Below are positions 8,434 through 19,200 of a stretch of DNA of 64,000 nt, piece after piece. The position numbers and the translations under genes were made by a program. How positions within the stretch are numbered: position 1 is the first letter of the stretch; each line of letters opens with the position of its first letter. This stretch comes from Tidjanibacter sp. (GTDB lineage Bacteria > Bacteroidota > Bacteroidia > Bacteroidales > Rikenellaceae). Below the pieces are notes generated by a model, which made no database searches, had not been told where the DNA came from, and saw nothing but the letters and a program-made list of their open reading frames with translations. The stretch is taken from the NCBI GenBank assembly GCA_045639285.1, contig JAZUCV010000020.1, forward strand, positions 3,936 to 67,935, written 5' to 3'.

Positions 8434-9438
8434 CTACTCAGGCATTGTTTCAGCAGGACGCTCGATAGTTTTGAAGTAGAATCGCGAGCCGAAACGACGA
8501 ATCAATCGCATCATTGCCCACGGCAGATAGATACCCACGGTAACTATCGAGAGGAGGATTTGCCCCCAGCAGTACGCCCAATCCTTCCAGGGGGTGAGCG
8601 AGAGGCCACCTCGTGCCTCAATCTTCTCTCTGCCTACCACAACTTCGCGTGCCACAGCACGATAGATGCGCAGAAAGGCCATCGGCGAGTATATTCCGAG
8701 AGTGATTATCGCCAAGAGTCCCTCGCCAACCATAGTCCAGAAGAGTGCGCCGGGCTTGCAACCGAGCACGACACGCTGGTTACCAAACTCGATATCGATA
8801 TACCACTTGTAGATGTAGATTTGATAGAACGTACCTGCCACAATCATAATCAAAACGCTAATCAGTATTGCCAGCAGAGCAAAACCGCCACCATCGGCCG
8901 CCATCCCCATTGCCCCCACCGAGAGAAGTGCCGAGCAGAGCACCATAGGCAGCAACAGGCAGAGCACGGTAATGGCAAAGAATCGGCCACCCTTGCCTCG
9001 GAAAGCGATACGATTGTAGCCGTGCGACGCTCCGTCGGCAAAGAATCGCATCATAGCAGCCACCCACCACGGAGCATAGATACCGAAGGTGATGGTGGTA
9101 AGCAGCAACCCTTTGGCCGACAGCCACAACCACGCACGAAGGCTATAATCAACCTCTATATTTTGTTCTTTGTAAATCGTTGTGGATATGATATTTGAGA
9201 TAGCGGGCAGATAGAGTGCCATAATGCCGAAAACCAAGACCAGACTCACCAAAGTAGTTACCAGCCAGGTGAGCATAAATCCACCGTCAATGATGGCCAT
9301 TGGATTATTTATCGCCCCGCCAAAGATAATATCGATTGTCACACCTGCCACAATCAATACCACCATACCGAAGAGGTATGGAACAAACTGCTTTGCCTTA
9401 ATCGTGAAATTGAAATAGTTCTTCATGATACGACTCAA
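8434..9438 (-). CDS. YjgN/DUF898 family inner-membrane protein
   Basis: Three repeats of LL(T/S/A)(T/I)(I/V)TxGIYxP and multiple hydrophobic segments. Confidence 0.8.
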   Translation of the reverse strand: MSRIMKNYFNFTIKAKQFVPYLFGMVVLIVAGVTIDIIFGGAINNPMAIIDGGFMLTWLVTTLVSLVLVFGIMALYLPAISNIISTTIYKEQNIEVDYSLRAWLWLSAKGLLLTTITFGIYAPWWVAAMMRFFADGASHGYNRIAFRGKGGRFFAITVLCLLLPMVLCSALLSVGAMGMAADGGGFALLAILISVLIMIVAGTFYQIYIYKWYIDIEFGNQRVVLGCKPGALFWTMVGEGLLAIITLGIYSPMAFLRIYRAVAREVVVGREKIEARGGLSLTPWKDWAYCWGQILLSIVTVGIYLPWAMMRLIRRFGSRFYFKTIERPAETMPE

Positions 9439-9537
9439 TTATTATTGATAATTCTGGCTACGAATATAGTGTTTTTTGGAGAGAATTTTGTAAATTTGCA
9501 ACCGATTTTTAAATGGTGACTAAATTATTACAAAAAT

Positions 9538-11271
9538 ATGAGCAATATCAATCCTAACGCAAACCTCTCCGAGCAAGAGATTCTCCGCCGTGAATCGCTT
9601 GGCAAGTTGCGCGAGTTGGGTATCGAGCCCTACCCCGCAGCACTCTACCCTGTAAATGCACAGGCAGCCGAGATTAAGGAGAAATACTCCGCTGAGGAGG
9701 GCAACTATGCCGAGGTCTGCATCGCAGGCCGTATGATGAGCCGCCGTATTATGGGCAGCGCACCCTTCTTCGAGTTGCAGGACAACTCGGGCCGTATTCA
9801 GGTCTATCTCCGTCGCGACGAGATATGCCCCGAGGGCGACACCACACTCTACAACACCGTATTCAAGAAGTTGATGGATATCGGCGACATCGTGGGTGTC
9901 AAGGGCTTTGCCTTCATCACTCAGACCGGCGAGATTTCGGTACACTGCAAGGAGTTGACTATGCTCAGCAAGTCGCTCCGTCCTCTGCCTATCGTTAAGG
10001 AGAAGGATGGACAGACCTTCGACGCATTTACCGACCCCGAGTTGCGCTATCGTCAGCGTTATGTTGACCTCGTGGTTAACCCCCACGTCAAGGAGGTATT
10101 CGCAAAGCGTGCAAAGATTGTGCAGACTATGCGCCAGTTCTTCGACTCGCACGGCTACCTGGAGGTTGACACCCCCATCTTGCAGCCTATCCCAGGTGGT
10201 GCAGCGGCTCGCCCCTTCATCACCCACCACAACACCCTCGACACAGACCTATATCTGCGTATCGCAAACGAGTTGTATCTGAAACGACTCATCGTTGGTG
10301 GCTTTGATGGTGTCTATGAGTTCTCGCGTAACTTCCGCAACGAGGGTATGGACCGCACCCACAACCCTGAGTTTACCTGTATGGAGATATATGTTGCCTA
10401 TAAGGACTACCTCTGGATGATGGAGTTCACCGAGCAGATGTTGGAGCGCGTAGCGATGGCTACAAACGGCACCACCGAACTCACCATTGGCGACCGTCAG
10501 GTAAGTTTCAAGGCCCCCTTCCGCCGTCTGTCGATGACCGACGCAATCCGCGAGAAGACAGGCTACGATATCACCGGTCGCTCGGAGGAGGAACTTCGCG
10601 AGGCCTGCAAAGAGCTCAAGGTGGAGATTGACGACACTATGGGTAAGGGCAAGCTGATTGACGCAATCTTCGGCACCTACTGCGAGGAGGAGTTGATTCA
10701 GCCCACCTTCATCACCGACTACCCTATCGAGATGTCGCCTCTGTGCAAGCGCCACCGCAGCAACCCCGACCTTACAGAGCGTTTTGAGTTGTTTGTAAAC
10801 GGTAAGGAGTTGTGTAATGCATACTCGGAGCTGAACGATCCCATTGATCAGTACGAGCGTTTCCAGGAGCAGTTGCGCCTGAGCGAGAAGGGCGACGACG
10901 AGGCTATGTTTATCGATATGGACTTTGTGCGTGCACTTGAATATGGTATGCCCACCTGCTCGGGTATGGGTATCGGTATCGACCGCCTCACAATGTTTAT
11001 GACCGGCCAGCAGACTATCCAGGATGTACTCTTCTTCCCCCAGATGCGTCCCGAGAAGGGTCAGCAGAACGACTCGGTGGAGAAGTATGCCGAGAAGGGT
11101 ATCCCCGAGGAGTGGGTTCCCGTATTGCAAAAGATGGGTTTCGTAAAGGTCGAGATGCTCAAAAAACTCTCGGGCGGCAAACTCTTCAACGACCTCTGCG
11201 GCTTCAACAAGAAGAACAAATTGGGTCTGGCAAATCCCACCATCGACCAGGTAAAGAGCTGGTGTGAGTAA
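9538..11271 (+). CDS. lysS: Lysine--tRNA ligase (class II)
   Basis: [35 protein letters not shown] and GIGIDR. TAAATTTG promoter element at 9491. Confidence 0.98.
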   Translation: MSNINPNANLSEQEILRRESLGKLRELGIEPYPAALYPVNAQAAEIKEKYSAEEGNYAEVCIAGRMMSRRIMGSAPFFELQDNSGRIQVYLRRDEICPEGDTTLYNTVFKKLMDIGDIVGVKGFAFITQTGEISVHCKELTMLSKSLRPLPIVKEKDGQTFDAFTDPELRYRQRYVDLVVNPHVKEVFAKRAKIVQTMRQFFDSHGYLEVDTPILQPIPGGAAARPFITHHNTLDTDLYLRIANELYLKRLIVGGFDGVYEFSRNFRNEGMDRTHNPEFTCMEIYVAYKDYLWMMEFTEQMLERVAMATNGTTELTIGDRQVSFKAPFRRLSMTDAIREKTGYDITGRSEEELREACKELKVEIDDTMGKGKLIDAIFGTYCEEELIQPTFITDYPIEMSPLCKRHRSNPDLTERFELFVNGKELCNAYSELNDPIDQYERFQEQLRLSEKGDDEAMFIDMDFVRALEYGMPTCSGMGIGIDRLTMFMTGQQTIQDVLFFPQMRPEKGQQNDSVEKYAEKGIPEEWVPVLQKMGFVKVEMLKKLSGGKLFNDLCGFNKKNKLGLANPTIDQVKSWCE

Positions 11272-11378
11272 ATAAAAAGCAAAAGTTATTAACAGTTTTA
11301 TTAACTTTTTTATTAACAATTGCAGTTATTTTTAAGGAATTTTACAAAACAATATACAATTATTAAAATATTTTAGAA

Positions 11379-12131
11379 ATGAGAAAGAAAATTGTAGCGG
11401 GTAACTGGAAGATGAATACCACTCCCGCAGAGGGCGTTGAGCTGGCAAAGGGTGTTGCCGAGGGTAAGAAAGAGGTTTGCGAGTGCGTTAACTTCATTGT
11501 ATGTCCTCCCTTCACTCACCTCTCGGAGGTTGTTAAGGTAACTCGTGGCACCGGCATCGCTGTTGGCGCACAGGATTGCGCAACTGAGGCTAAGGGTGCT
11601 TACACCGGCGAGGTAGCAGCATCGATGATTGCTTCGCTTGGCGTAGAGTATGTAATCCTTGGTCACTCGGAGCGTCGTCAGTACTACGGTGAGACCAGCG
11701 AGACTCTGAACAAGAAGATGGCTCAGGCATACGCTAACAACCTCACTCCTATCTACTGTGTAGGTGAGAGCCTCGAGGAGCGTAAGGCTGGCAAGCACTT
11801 CGACGTTTGCAAGGCTCAGATTGAGGAGGTAGTATTCAACCTCACCCCCGAGCAGTACTCGAAGCTCGTTATCGCTTACGAGCCCGTATGGGCTATCGGT
11901 ACCGGCGAGACCGCTACCGCAGAGCAGGCACAGGAGATTCACGCTTACATCCGCGAGGTATTGGCATCGAAGTTCGGCGAGGCTGCTGCTGAGACTCCCA
12001 TCCTCTACGGTGGTAGCTGCAAGCCTTCGAACGCTGCCGAGATCTTCGCTAAGGAGGATGTTGACGGTGGTCTGATTGGTGGTGCTGCACTGAAGGCTGA
12101 GGACTTCCTCGCAATCGGTAAAGGCTTCTAA
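11379..12131 (+). CDS. tpiA: Triosephosphate isomerase
   Basis: [24 protein letters not shown] and YGGS motifs. Confidence 0.98.
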   Translation: MRKKIVAGNWKMNTTPAEGVELAKGVAEGKKEVCECVNFIVCPPFTHLSEVVKVTRGTGIAVGAQDCATEAKGAYTGEVAASMIASLGVEYVILGHSERRQYYGETSETLNKKMAQAYANNLTPIYCVGESLEERKAGKHFDVCKAQIEEVVFNLTPEQYSKLVIAYEPVWAIGTGETATAEQAQEIHAYIREVLASKFGEAAAETPILYGGSCKPSNAAEIFAKEDVDGGLIGGAALKAEDFLAIGKGF

Positions 12132-12258
12132 AAAAAATAGTCCTCTGATTGGTAAATTTTACACTTCCATTGTAAGGCGTCGCCTCACATACGACAAAGT
12201 ATGCTTCGGCTAACCTTACTGCACGAAGCATAAAATTTCCTCAATCATAAAACTATTT
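12131..12258. mobile_element. ERIC-like miniature inverted-repeat element
   Basis: AAATAGT..TGATTGGTAAATTTT ... AAAATTTCCTCAATCA..ACTATTT termini and a central CATAC-GACAAA-GTATG. Same family as the copies at 6.7-7.0 kb and 48.2-48.5 kb. Confidence 0.7.
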
Positions 12259-12265
12259 AGTTAAC

Positions 12266-12299
12266 AAGAGCGATCTTTCGAGGTCGCTCTTTTCTTTTT
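12266..12299 (+). terminator. Intrinsic terminator of tpiA
   Basis: AAGAGCGATCT-TTCG-AGGTCGCTCTT followed by a T-tract. Confidence 0.8.
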
Positions 12300-12393
12300 C
12301 TGAAATTTAATTGCTCATATATTTAAAAGTATAGAAAAAAGAGATACCTTTGACTTCGACACACATTATTTACAAACTAACCGAAAAAATTGT

Positions 12394-13194
12394 ATGAAGA
12401 GAATTTTTCTTTTGGCAGCCGTTGCGCTTGTTGCGTTGAGTGGTTGTAATACCCCCAAGGATGGCTATGAGTTGGTATGGGCAGATGAATTCGAGCAGGA
12501 CGGTGCTCCAAATCCCGAGAACTGGACCTATGAGCTTATGCGAAAAGGTCAGGTAAACAACGAGGAGCAGGAGTATGTCAACAGTCTGGATAACGCCTGG
12601 GTAGAGGATGGCATCCTCCACATCAAGGCTATCAAGGATGGCGAGCGCATCACCTCGGCGCGTCTTATCAGCCAGGGCAAGCAGTCGTGGCAATATGGCC
12701 GCGTGGAGGCACGCCTGAAGCTGCCTGCAGGTCGTGGCATCTGGCCTGCATTCTGGATGCTTCCCGACAAAAGCCAGTACGGTGGCTGGCCTCGTTGTGG
12801 CGAGATTGATATTATGGAGTTCGTCGGTTATCAGCCCACCACAGTCCACGGCACAATCCACACAGGCAAGTACAACCATATGATTGGCACCCAGAAAGGC
12901 ACCAACACTCAGGTTCCGACCTGCACTGAGGAGTACCACATCTACACTCTCGATTGGACCCCCGAGAACATCACCATCTCCGTCGATGGCAATGCCTACT
13001 TCTCGTTCGACAACGATGGCGCAGGCGACCCCGGCACTTGGCCCTTCGACCAGCCCTTCTATATCATTATGAACGTTGCCTTCGGCGGTGGCTGGGGTGG
13101 TGCAGAGGGCGTTGACTACAGTATCCTTCCCGCAGAGATGTTGGTTGACTGGGTACGCGTTTACCAGAAGACCGAGTACTCTTCTGCCGATTAA
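12394..13194 (+). CDS. GH16 beta-1,3-glucanase (laminarinase-like) lipoprotein
   Basis: Lipobox LSGC, WADEF, WPAFWM and catalytic EIDIME. TACCTTTG promoter element at 12345. Confidence 0.9.
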   Translation: MKRIFLLAAVALVALSGCNTPKDGYELVWADEFEQDGAPNPENWTYELMRKGQVNNEEQEYVNSLDNAWVEDGILHIKAIKDGERITSARLISQGKQSWQYGRVEARLKLPAGRGIWPAFWMLPDKSQYGGWPRCGEIDIMEFVGYQPTTVHGTIHTGKYNHMIGTQKGTNTQVPTCTEEYHIYTLDWTPENITISVDGNAYFSFDNDGAGDPGTWPFDQPFYIIMNVAFGGGWGGAEGVDYSILPAEMLVDWVRVYQKTEYSSAD

Positions 13195-13205
13195 AGAGAT
13201 TGAGT

Positions 13206-13244
13206 AAAAAGATAAGCCTGAGAAGTTCTCAGGCTTATCTTTTT
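13206..13244. terminator. Bidirectional terminator
   Basis: AAAAAGATAAGCCTGAGA-AGT-TCTCAGGCTTATCTTTTT. Confidence 0.85.
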
Positions 13245-13257
13245 GATTTCTCAATTT

Positions 13258-13395
13258 CTAATGCAGTCCGAAGAGTTCGGTGAGGTAGGTGTCCAAATAG
13301 AGCAATTCGGCATCATCTCCAAAAAGACTCTCCAACAATAGTGACTCTTCGTCGTGGGCTGCACCAACATTAAAAGTGGTGTCAAGTTTCCCCAT
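13258..13395 (-). CDS. Putative 45-aa acidic small protein
   Basis: MGKLDTTFNVGAAHDEESLLLESLFGDDAELLYLDTYLTELFGLH. It fills the gap between the sigma gene and the terminator and is below the ORF-track size cutoff. Confidence 0.4.
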   Translation of the reverse strand: MGKLDTTFNVGAAHDEESLLLESLFGDDAELLYLDTYLTELFGLH

Positions 13396-13471
13396 AGGCA
13401 GAAAGGTTATTTGTTATACTTTGTGCTTGCTAACACCTATCTAACGCAACCTCTTTGCCATTTATTGCCCG

Positions 13472-14059
13472 TTAAGCCAAAATAATTTGGTTATCCTTAA
13501 TCATTTTGCGCAAATTGATAAGCGCATAGCGCATACGACCGAGTGCGGTGTTGATGCTGACATCTGTTTTGTCTGCAATCTCCTTAAAACTCAACCCCTC
13601 ATAGTAACGCATCTGCACCACATCCCTCTGCTCCTCAGGGAGTTGCTCGACAAGTCGGCGAACATCGGCCTCAATCTGAGATGCAACCATCTTATCCTCA
13701 ACATTATCCTCAGCCAACGAACGACTGCCGAGAATATCATAGCCTGCCTCGCTCTCAGTGGTGGTCTGCTGAGTGCGACTCGAACGGAAGTAGTCAATAA
13801 CCTGGTTGTGGGCAATGCGCAACACCCACGAGAGGAACTTACCATTGTCGGTATAGCGACCCTCGTCAATCACGCGTACAACCTTAATAAATGTCTCTTG
13901 GGAGATATCGTCAGCCAAATCGCCATCCTTGACCATCATATAGACGTAGTCGCGGACACGCTTGCGGTGTCTTTCAATAAGTCCAGAAATTGCGTTGCTG
14001 TCGCCTGCACGGTACCTCTCGAGCAACTCCTTGTCGCTCGGAACTACTGTTTGTCTCAT
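13472..14059 (-). CDS. ECF-type sigma-70 factor
   Basis: DDISQETFIK and WVLRIAHNQVID (region 2); LPEEQR...LSFKEIA...SINTALGRMRYA (region 4). Confidence 0.92.
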   Translation of the reverse strand: MRQTVVPSDKELLERYRAGDSNAISGLIERHRKRVRDYVYMMVKDGDLADDISQETFIKVVRVIDEGRYTDNGKFLSWVLRIAHNQVIDYFRSSRTQQTTTESEAGYDILGSRSLAEDNVEDKMVASQIEADVRRLVEQLPEEQRDVVQMRYYEGLSFKEIADKTDVSINTALGRMRYALINLRKMIKDNQIILA

Positions 14060-14331
14060 ACTCTTTCCTAATTACTTGGTTCTGAGTAGAATTCTTCGAT
14101 AGGCAGGCGTATTTAAGATTAAATAATTCAATTATTCCGAGTGCAAGATACAACCATTTTTTATTTTTTCCAAATTTCTCCTGCTTTTGCAGTTGAGAGT
14201 ATCGGGCGTATAGGCCCGAATGGTGGCCAATCCTGCAACTCGGAACACCCAAAATAGTTGCAAATCGTATGCCAAAAAGATAAGAGTATATTATATAAAG
14301 GTATGGGTATGGAAAATTTGCAAAAAAATCA

Positions 14332-14339
14332 TATCTTTG
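14332..14339 (+). promoter_or_regulatory. -7 promoter element for the metal-efflux operon
   Basis: TATCTTTG, 25 nt upstream of the ORF at 14365. Confidence 0.55.
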
Positions 14340-14364
14340 CCAAGTTAAACAACAGATTAACACT

Positions 14365-14784
14365 ATGTGGCTATTGCGCAAAAATGTGATTTTGACTCTT
14401 GTGGTGCTCTGCTCTCTGATGCAGATAGCACTCACTATGCCACACCATCACCACGGCGAAAGTGAGATTGTATGTCTGAACTTCACCCATCTTGCGCACG
14501 ACCACCACGACTGCCACTCAGCAGGACACGATCACTCGCACCAACACACAACAACTTGTGGTACAACAACTTTGGAGTTTGCCGAGCCCGAGATACGCAC
14601 TCTCAAGGCTCCCACGGAGAGTTGTATCGTACTGAGTGAGGTAGTCGATAAACCCACCGAGCCGACTACAATCGGCACGCCCGACAGCGGTTACTCCACA
14701 ACTCTGCTTCAGCAGGAGAGCGTCGAGAATCCGATAAGGCTATTCCTGACTCGCGTCCACTCGGTACGCGCTCCCCAAGCCTAA
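14365..14784 (+). CDS. His/Cys-rich exported leader protein (DUF6769-like) ending in an RAP motif
   Basis: N-terminal hydrophobic segment, PHHHH, HDHHDCHSAGHDHSHQH and C-terminal HSVRAPQA. Confidence 0.7.
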   Translation: MWLLRKNVILTLVVLCSLMQIALTMPHHHHGESEIVCLNFTHLAHDHHDCHSAGHDHSHQHTTTCGTTTLEFAEPEIRTLKAPTESCIVLSEVVDKPTEPTTIGTPDSGYSTTLLQQESVENPIRLFLTRVHSVRAPQA

Positions 14785-14918
14785 TCAATAGAGCACATAT
14801 AGTGCACCGTTTGCAGATGACTCACCCCACAAAAAGAGCCATCCGTTTGTTGGTATTGTCAATTGACAGCCAACAACTTCCCATTGAAAATAACAAACAA
14901 AAAAAAGATACAAAAATT

Positions 14919-16256
14919 ATGAAAAGAGTATTTACCATTGTGGCATTCCTCTCGGCTTCGCTCTATCTGAGTGGTTGTCACAGCAAGGGCAGTGCAGAAC
15001 ACGCACACGAACACGAACACACCGAGGAGGTACACGACCATTCACACGAGGGTCACGACCACAGCCACGAGGCTGAGCACAACCACGACCACGAGGGCCA
15101 CACTCACGCCGAGGAGGGACACGACCACAGCCACGAGGGTCACAACCACAGCCACGAAGCTGAGCACAACCACGACCACGAGGGTCACACTCACGCCGAG
15201 GAGGGACACGACCACTCGCACGAGGGTCACGACCACGCGGCAGGTGAGATTGTCTTCACCAAAGCACAGGCAGCGATGACCGACTTTAAGGTTGAGCCCG
15301 CAACCAAGGGTCTTTTCCGCACCACAATCAAGTGCAGTGGTATTATTTCGGCTCCCCGCAGTCAGATTCAGATTGTAACCGCCCCCGTAAGCGGCATTGT
15401 GCACTTTGCCGACAGCCGTCTGACCGAGAACAGTCAGGTAGGCAAGGGCAAGGCTCTCTTCACAATCTCCTCCGCAACCATATCTTCGGGTAACGAGGCA
15501 GCCAAGGCAGAGGCCGCATTCCGCAAAGCGGAGGCTGACCGCGACCGTCTGAAACCCCTCTACGACGACCACCTTATCTCGCAGGGCGAGTGGTTGGTTG
15601 CCGAGCAGGAGTATCAGCGCGCGCTGGCCGAGTGGGAACCATATAAGAACAACACAGATGGCGAGACCGCTCTGTCGGCACAGATTGGCGGTTACATCAC
15701 CGACCTCTCAGTTAGCGAGGGCGACTTTGTGAGCGTGGGCACCCCCATCGCAACCATCATAGGTGGTGGCAAGAAACAACTTGCAGTGAGCGTACCCCAG
15801 CGTTACTACTCGCTCCTGCCCACCATCAACGACGCACGTTTCAGCACCCCCATCTCGGAGGAGAACTACACTGTGAGCGCACTCGGTGGCAGTAAGAAAC
15901 AGAGCAGCACCTCTATCACCTCGGGCACAACCCTCGTTGAGATGCTCTTCGAGTTCCCCGCAGGCAACTTCCCCGACGGCACCTTTGCTGAGGTAACCTT
16001 GCTCGGCGCAGAGCGTGGCGGCGTTATCACACTCCCCCTCTCGGCAATCACCGAGTCGCAGGGTCTTTACTATGTATATGTTCAGCTTGACGAGGAGTGC
16101 TATATGCGTCGCGAGGTTCGCATTGGCGATGACGATGGCCAGAGCGTGGAGATTATTGCGGGTGTAGAGCCCGGCGAGATGGTCGTAACACGCGGAGCGG
16201 TAAATGTCAAGATGGCCTCCTTCTCGGGTGCTATCCCTCACAGTCACAGCCACTAA
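14919..16256 (+). CDS. RND efflux periplasmic adaptor (CusB/CzcB-like) with His-rich N-terminus
   Basis: Lipobox LSGC, His-rich repeat, APVSG/GDFVSVG lipoyl-like motifs and C-terminal HSHSH. Confidence 0.9.
   Translation: MKRVFTIVAFLSASLYLSGCHSKGSAEHAHEHEHTEEVHDHSHEGHDHSHEAEHNHDHEGHTHAEEGHDHSHEGHNHSHEAEHNHDHEGHTHAEEGHDHSHEGHDHAAGEIVFTKAQAAMTDFKVEPATKGLFRTTIKCSGIISAPRSQIQIVTAPVSGIVHFADSRLTENSQVGKGKALFTISSATISSGNEAAKAEAAFRKAEADRDRLKPLYDDHLISQGEWLVAEQEYQRALAEWEPYKNNTDGETALSAQIGGYITDLSVSEGDFVSVGTPIATIIGGGKKQLAVSVPQRYYSLLPTINDARFSTPISEENYTVSALGGSKKQSSTSITSGTTLVEMLFEFPAGNFPDGTFAEVTLLGAERGGVITLPLSAITESQGLYYVYVQLDEECYMRREVRIGDDDGQSVEIIAGVEPGEMVVTRGAVNVKMASFSGAIPHSHSH
15033..15236 (+). repeat. 87-bp in-frame tandem repeat (about 2.3 copies)
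   Basis: HDHSHEGH(D/N)HSHEAEHNHDHEGHTHAEEG twice (15033-15119 and 15120-15206), plus HDHSHEGHDH. Confidence 0.9.
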
Positions 16257-16270
16257 ACAGAGTGTAGGTT

Positions 16271-19200
16271 ATGCTTAACAAGATTATACGTTTCTCACTC
16301 GACAACCGTCTGATGGTGACGGTCGTGTCGTTGATTATAGCGGCGGCAGGCGTCCTCTTTACTGCGCGTATGGAGGTTGATGTCTTCCCCGACCTTACCG
16401 CACCTACGGTGGTCGTAATGACCGAGGCCGGCGGTATGGCGACCGAGGAGGTCGAAAAGTTGGTAACCTTTCCCATCGAGACAGCGCTCAATGGTGCTAC
16501 CGACGTTCGTCGTGTGCGTAGCCAGTCGAGTATGGGTTTCTCGGTGGTATGGGTGGAGTTCGATTGGGGCACCAATATCTACACCGCCCGACAGATTGTC
16601 TCGGAGCGTCTGGCTACCGTAGGCGAGGATCTTCCCCCAAGTGTCGGTCAGCCCGTACTCGGTCCTCAGTCCTCGATTATGGGCGAGATCTACATTATCG
16701 GTCTGACCTCCGGCGAGCAGACCTCGATGCAGGATTTGCGTACACTTGCCGATTGGACTATCCGTCCACGTCTTCTCTCGCTGGGTGGTGTGGCTCAGGT
16801 ATCGGTGATTGGTGGCGACGAGAAAGAGTATCAGATTATCGCCTCGCCCCGCAAGATGATGATCTACGATGTGTCGTTGCACGAGATTCTTGAAGCATCG
16901 CGCGGAATGAACCTCAACACATCGGGCGGTTCACTCTATCGCTATGGCAATGAGTTCCTTATCCGCGGTAAGGTGGCAACCACCAACACAGAGGAGATTG
17001 CTCGCGGAGTAGTTAAGATGGCACCCGACGGCACTCCCATAACCATTGGCGATGTGGCAGAGGTGCGTATCGGCAACCACGAGCCGAAGATTGGTACTGC
17101 ATCGGTAGAGACCGAGCCTTCGGTGCTGATTACAGTCACCAAGCAGCCCAACACCAACACTCTGGAACTCACCGAATTGCTCGATAGCACAATGGCCGAT
17201 TTGAGCAATACACTCCCTGAGGATATCCGAGTGAAGACCGATATTTTCCGTCAGGCACGCTTTATCGAAAACTCTATCCAGAACGTTTCGAAGGCTCTAT
17301 TGGAGGGTGCAATCTTTGTGATTATCATCCTCTTCATCTTCCTGATGAATGCCCGAGTAACGGCAGTGTCGCTTGTTGCGCTCCCGCTGTCGCTTCTGGT
17401 GGCAATCGTAGTGCTCAAACTCTTCGGTCTGACTATCAACACAATGAGTCTGGGCGGTATGGCTATTGCCATAGGCTCACTTGTGGATGATGCAATTATC
17501 GATGTGGAAAATGTATATAAACGTCTGCGCGAAAACCACGCACTCCCCAAAGAGGAGCGCAAGCCGACTCTCGAAGTGGTCTTTGAGGGCTCCAAGGAGA
17601 TTCGCTCTTCGATTGTAAGCGCTACGCTGATTACCATCATTGCCTTCACTCCCCTCTTCTTCCTCAGCGGTATGGAGGGTCGTATGTTGCGTCCGCTGGG
17701 TATTTCGTTCATCGTGTCGCTTTTCGCATCGCTCGTCGTGGCAATGACCCTTACCCCCGTTATGTGTAGCGCAACACTCACCTCGGAGCGCGCACTCAAA
17801 AAGGGAGATAAGGAGTCGCCTGTGGCGCTTTGGCTCAAACGAATCTACAAACGCGCTCTGGAGTGGGCTATGCGCCACAAGAGGGCAGTAATTTATACTA
17901 TGGCAGGTCTGTTTGCCGGTGCTCTGGTGCTCTTCACCACATTTGGTAGCAGCTTCTTGCCACCCTTCAACGAGGGTTCACTTACCATCAACACCTCGCT
18001 TATGCCCGGCGTATCGCTCGAAGAGTCCGACAAGGCTGGTCGTATGGTGGAGGAGATTCTGCTCTCCATACCCGAGATTGAAACTGTGGCTCGTAAGACG
18101 GGTCGCGCACACCTCGACGAGCACGCACTCGGCGTCAATGCCTGCGAGCTGGAGGCTCCCTTTACCCTCACCGACCGTAGCCGTGACGAGTTCCTGGCAG
18201 ATGTTCGCGCTCGACTTGGCGAGTTGAAGGGAGTAAACGTGGAGATTGGTCAGCCCATCTCGCACCGAATTGATGCAATGCTCTCGGGCACAAAGGCAAA
18301 TATCGCCATCAAACTCTTTGGCGAGGATCTCAACCTGATGTTCCAACTTGCAGAGCAGATTAAAAACGAGATTTCGGACACTGAGGGTATTACCGACCTT
18401 ATCGTCGAGCAGCAGATTGAGCGCTCGGAGCTGCACATCACACCCCGTCGCGATATGCTTGCACGCCACGGTATTACTATGCCCGAGTTTGCAGAGTTTG
18501 TAGAGGCCTCACTCTCTGGCGACCACGTAGATAAGGTGTATGAGGGCAACCGCTCTTTCGACCTGACGGTGAAGGTAGATGGCAGCGACAAGGCAAGCAC
18601 TGAGGATATCGGCAACCTGCTGATTCGTGGTATGAACGGCACCTGGGTACCTCTGGCTGAGGTGGCAGAGATCACCTCCACCTCGGGCCCCAACAGCGTT
18701 TCGCGCGAAAATGTTAAGCGCAAAGTGGTTGTTTCGGCCAATGTTGTCGGTGGCGATCTGGGTGGTGCTGTCGAGTCTATCCGCGAGCAGATTGAGGAGC
18801 ACATCGCACTCCCCGAGGATTACTATGTAGAGTATGGCGGTCAGTTTGAGAGCCAGCAGAACGCATCGCGTGTGCTGATGTTGGCGTCGATTGCAGCACT
18901 CATCATCATCTTCATCCTTCTTGTTCAGGAGTTCCGCAAGGTGCGCCTGGCGAGTATGGTGTTGCTCAACCTCCCGCTGGCTATGATTGGCGGTGTGGCA
19001 AGCATTGGTCTGACCTCGGGTGTGGTCAGCATCCCCTCGATTATCGGTTTTATCTCGTTGCTTGGTATTGCAGTGCGTAATGGTATTCTGCTCGTATCGC
19101 ACTATGAGCAGTTGTGCAAAGAGGGCAGAACACTCTATGACAGTGTAATTCACGGCTCACTCGACCGATTAAATCCTATCCTGATGACCTCGCTCACCTC

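Noticed and set aside
11060-11271. C-terminal extension on LysS
   Set aside because: As far as I know this extension is common in Bacteroidales LysS, so it is not notable.
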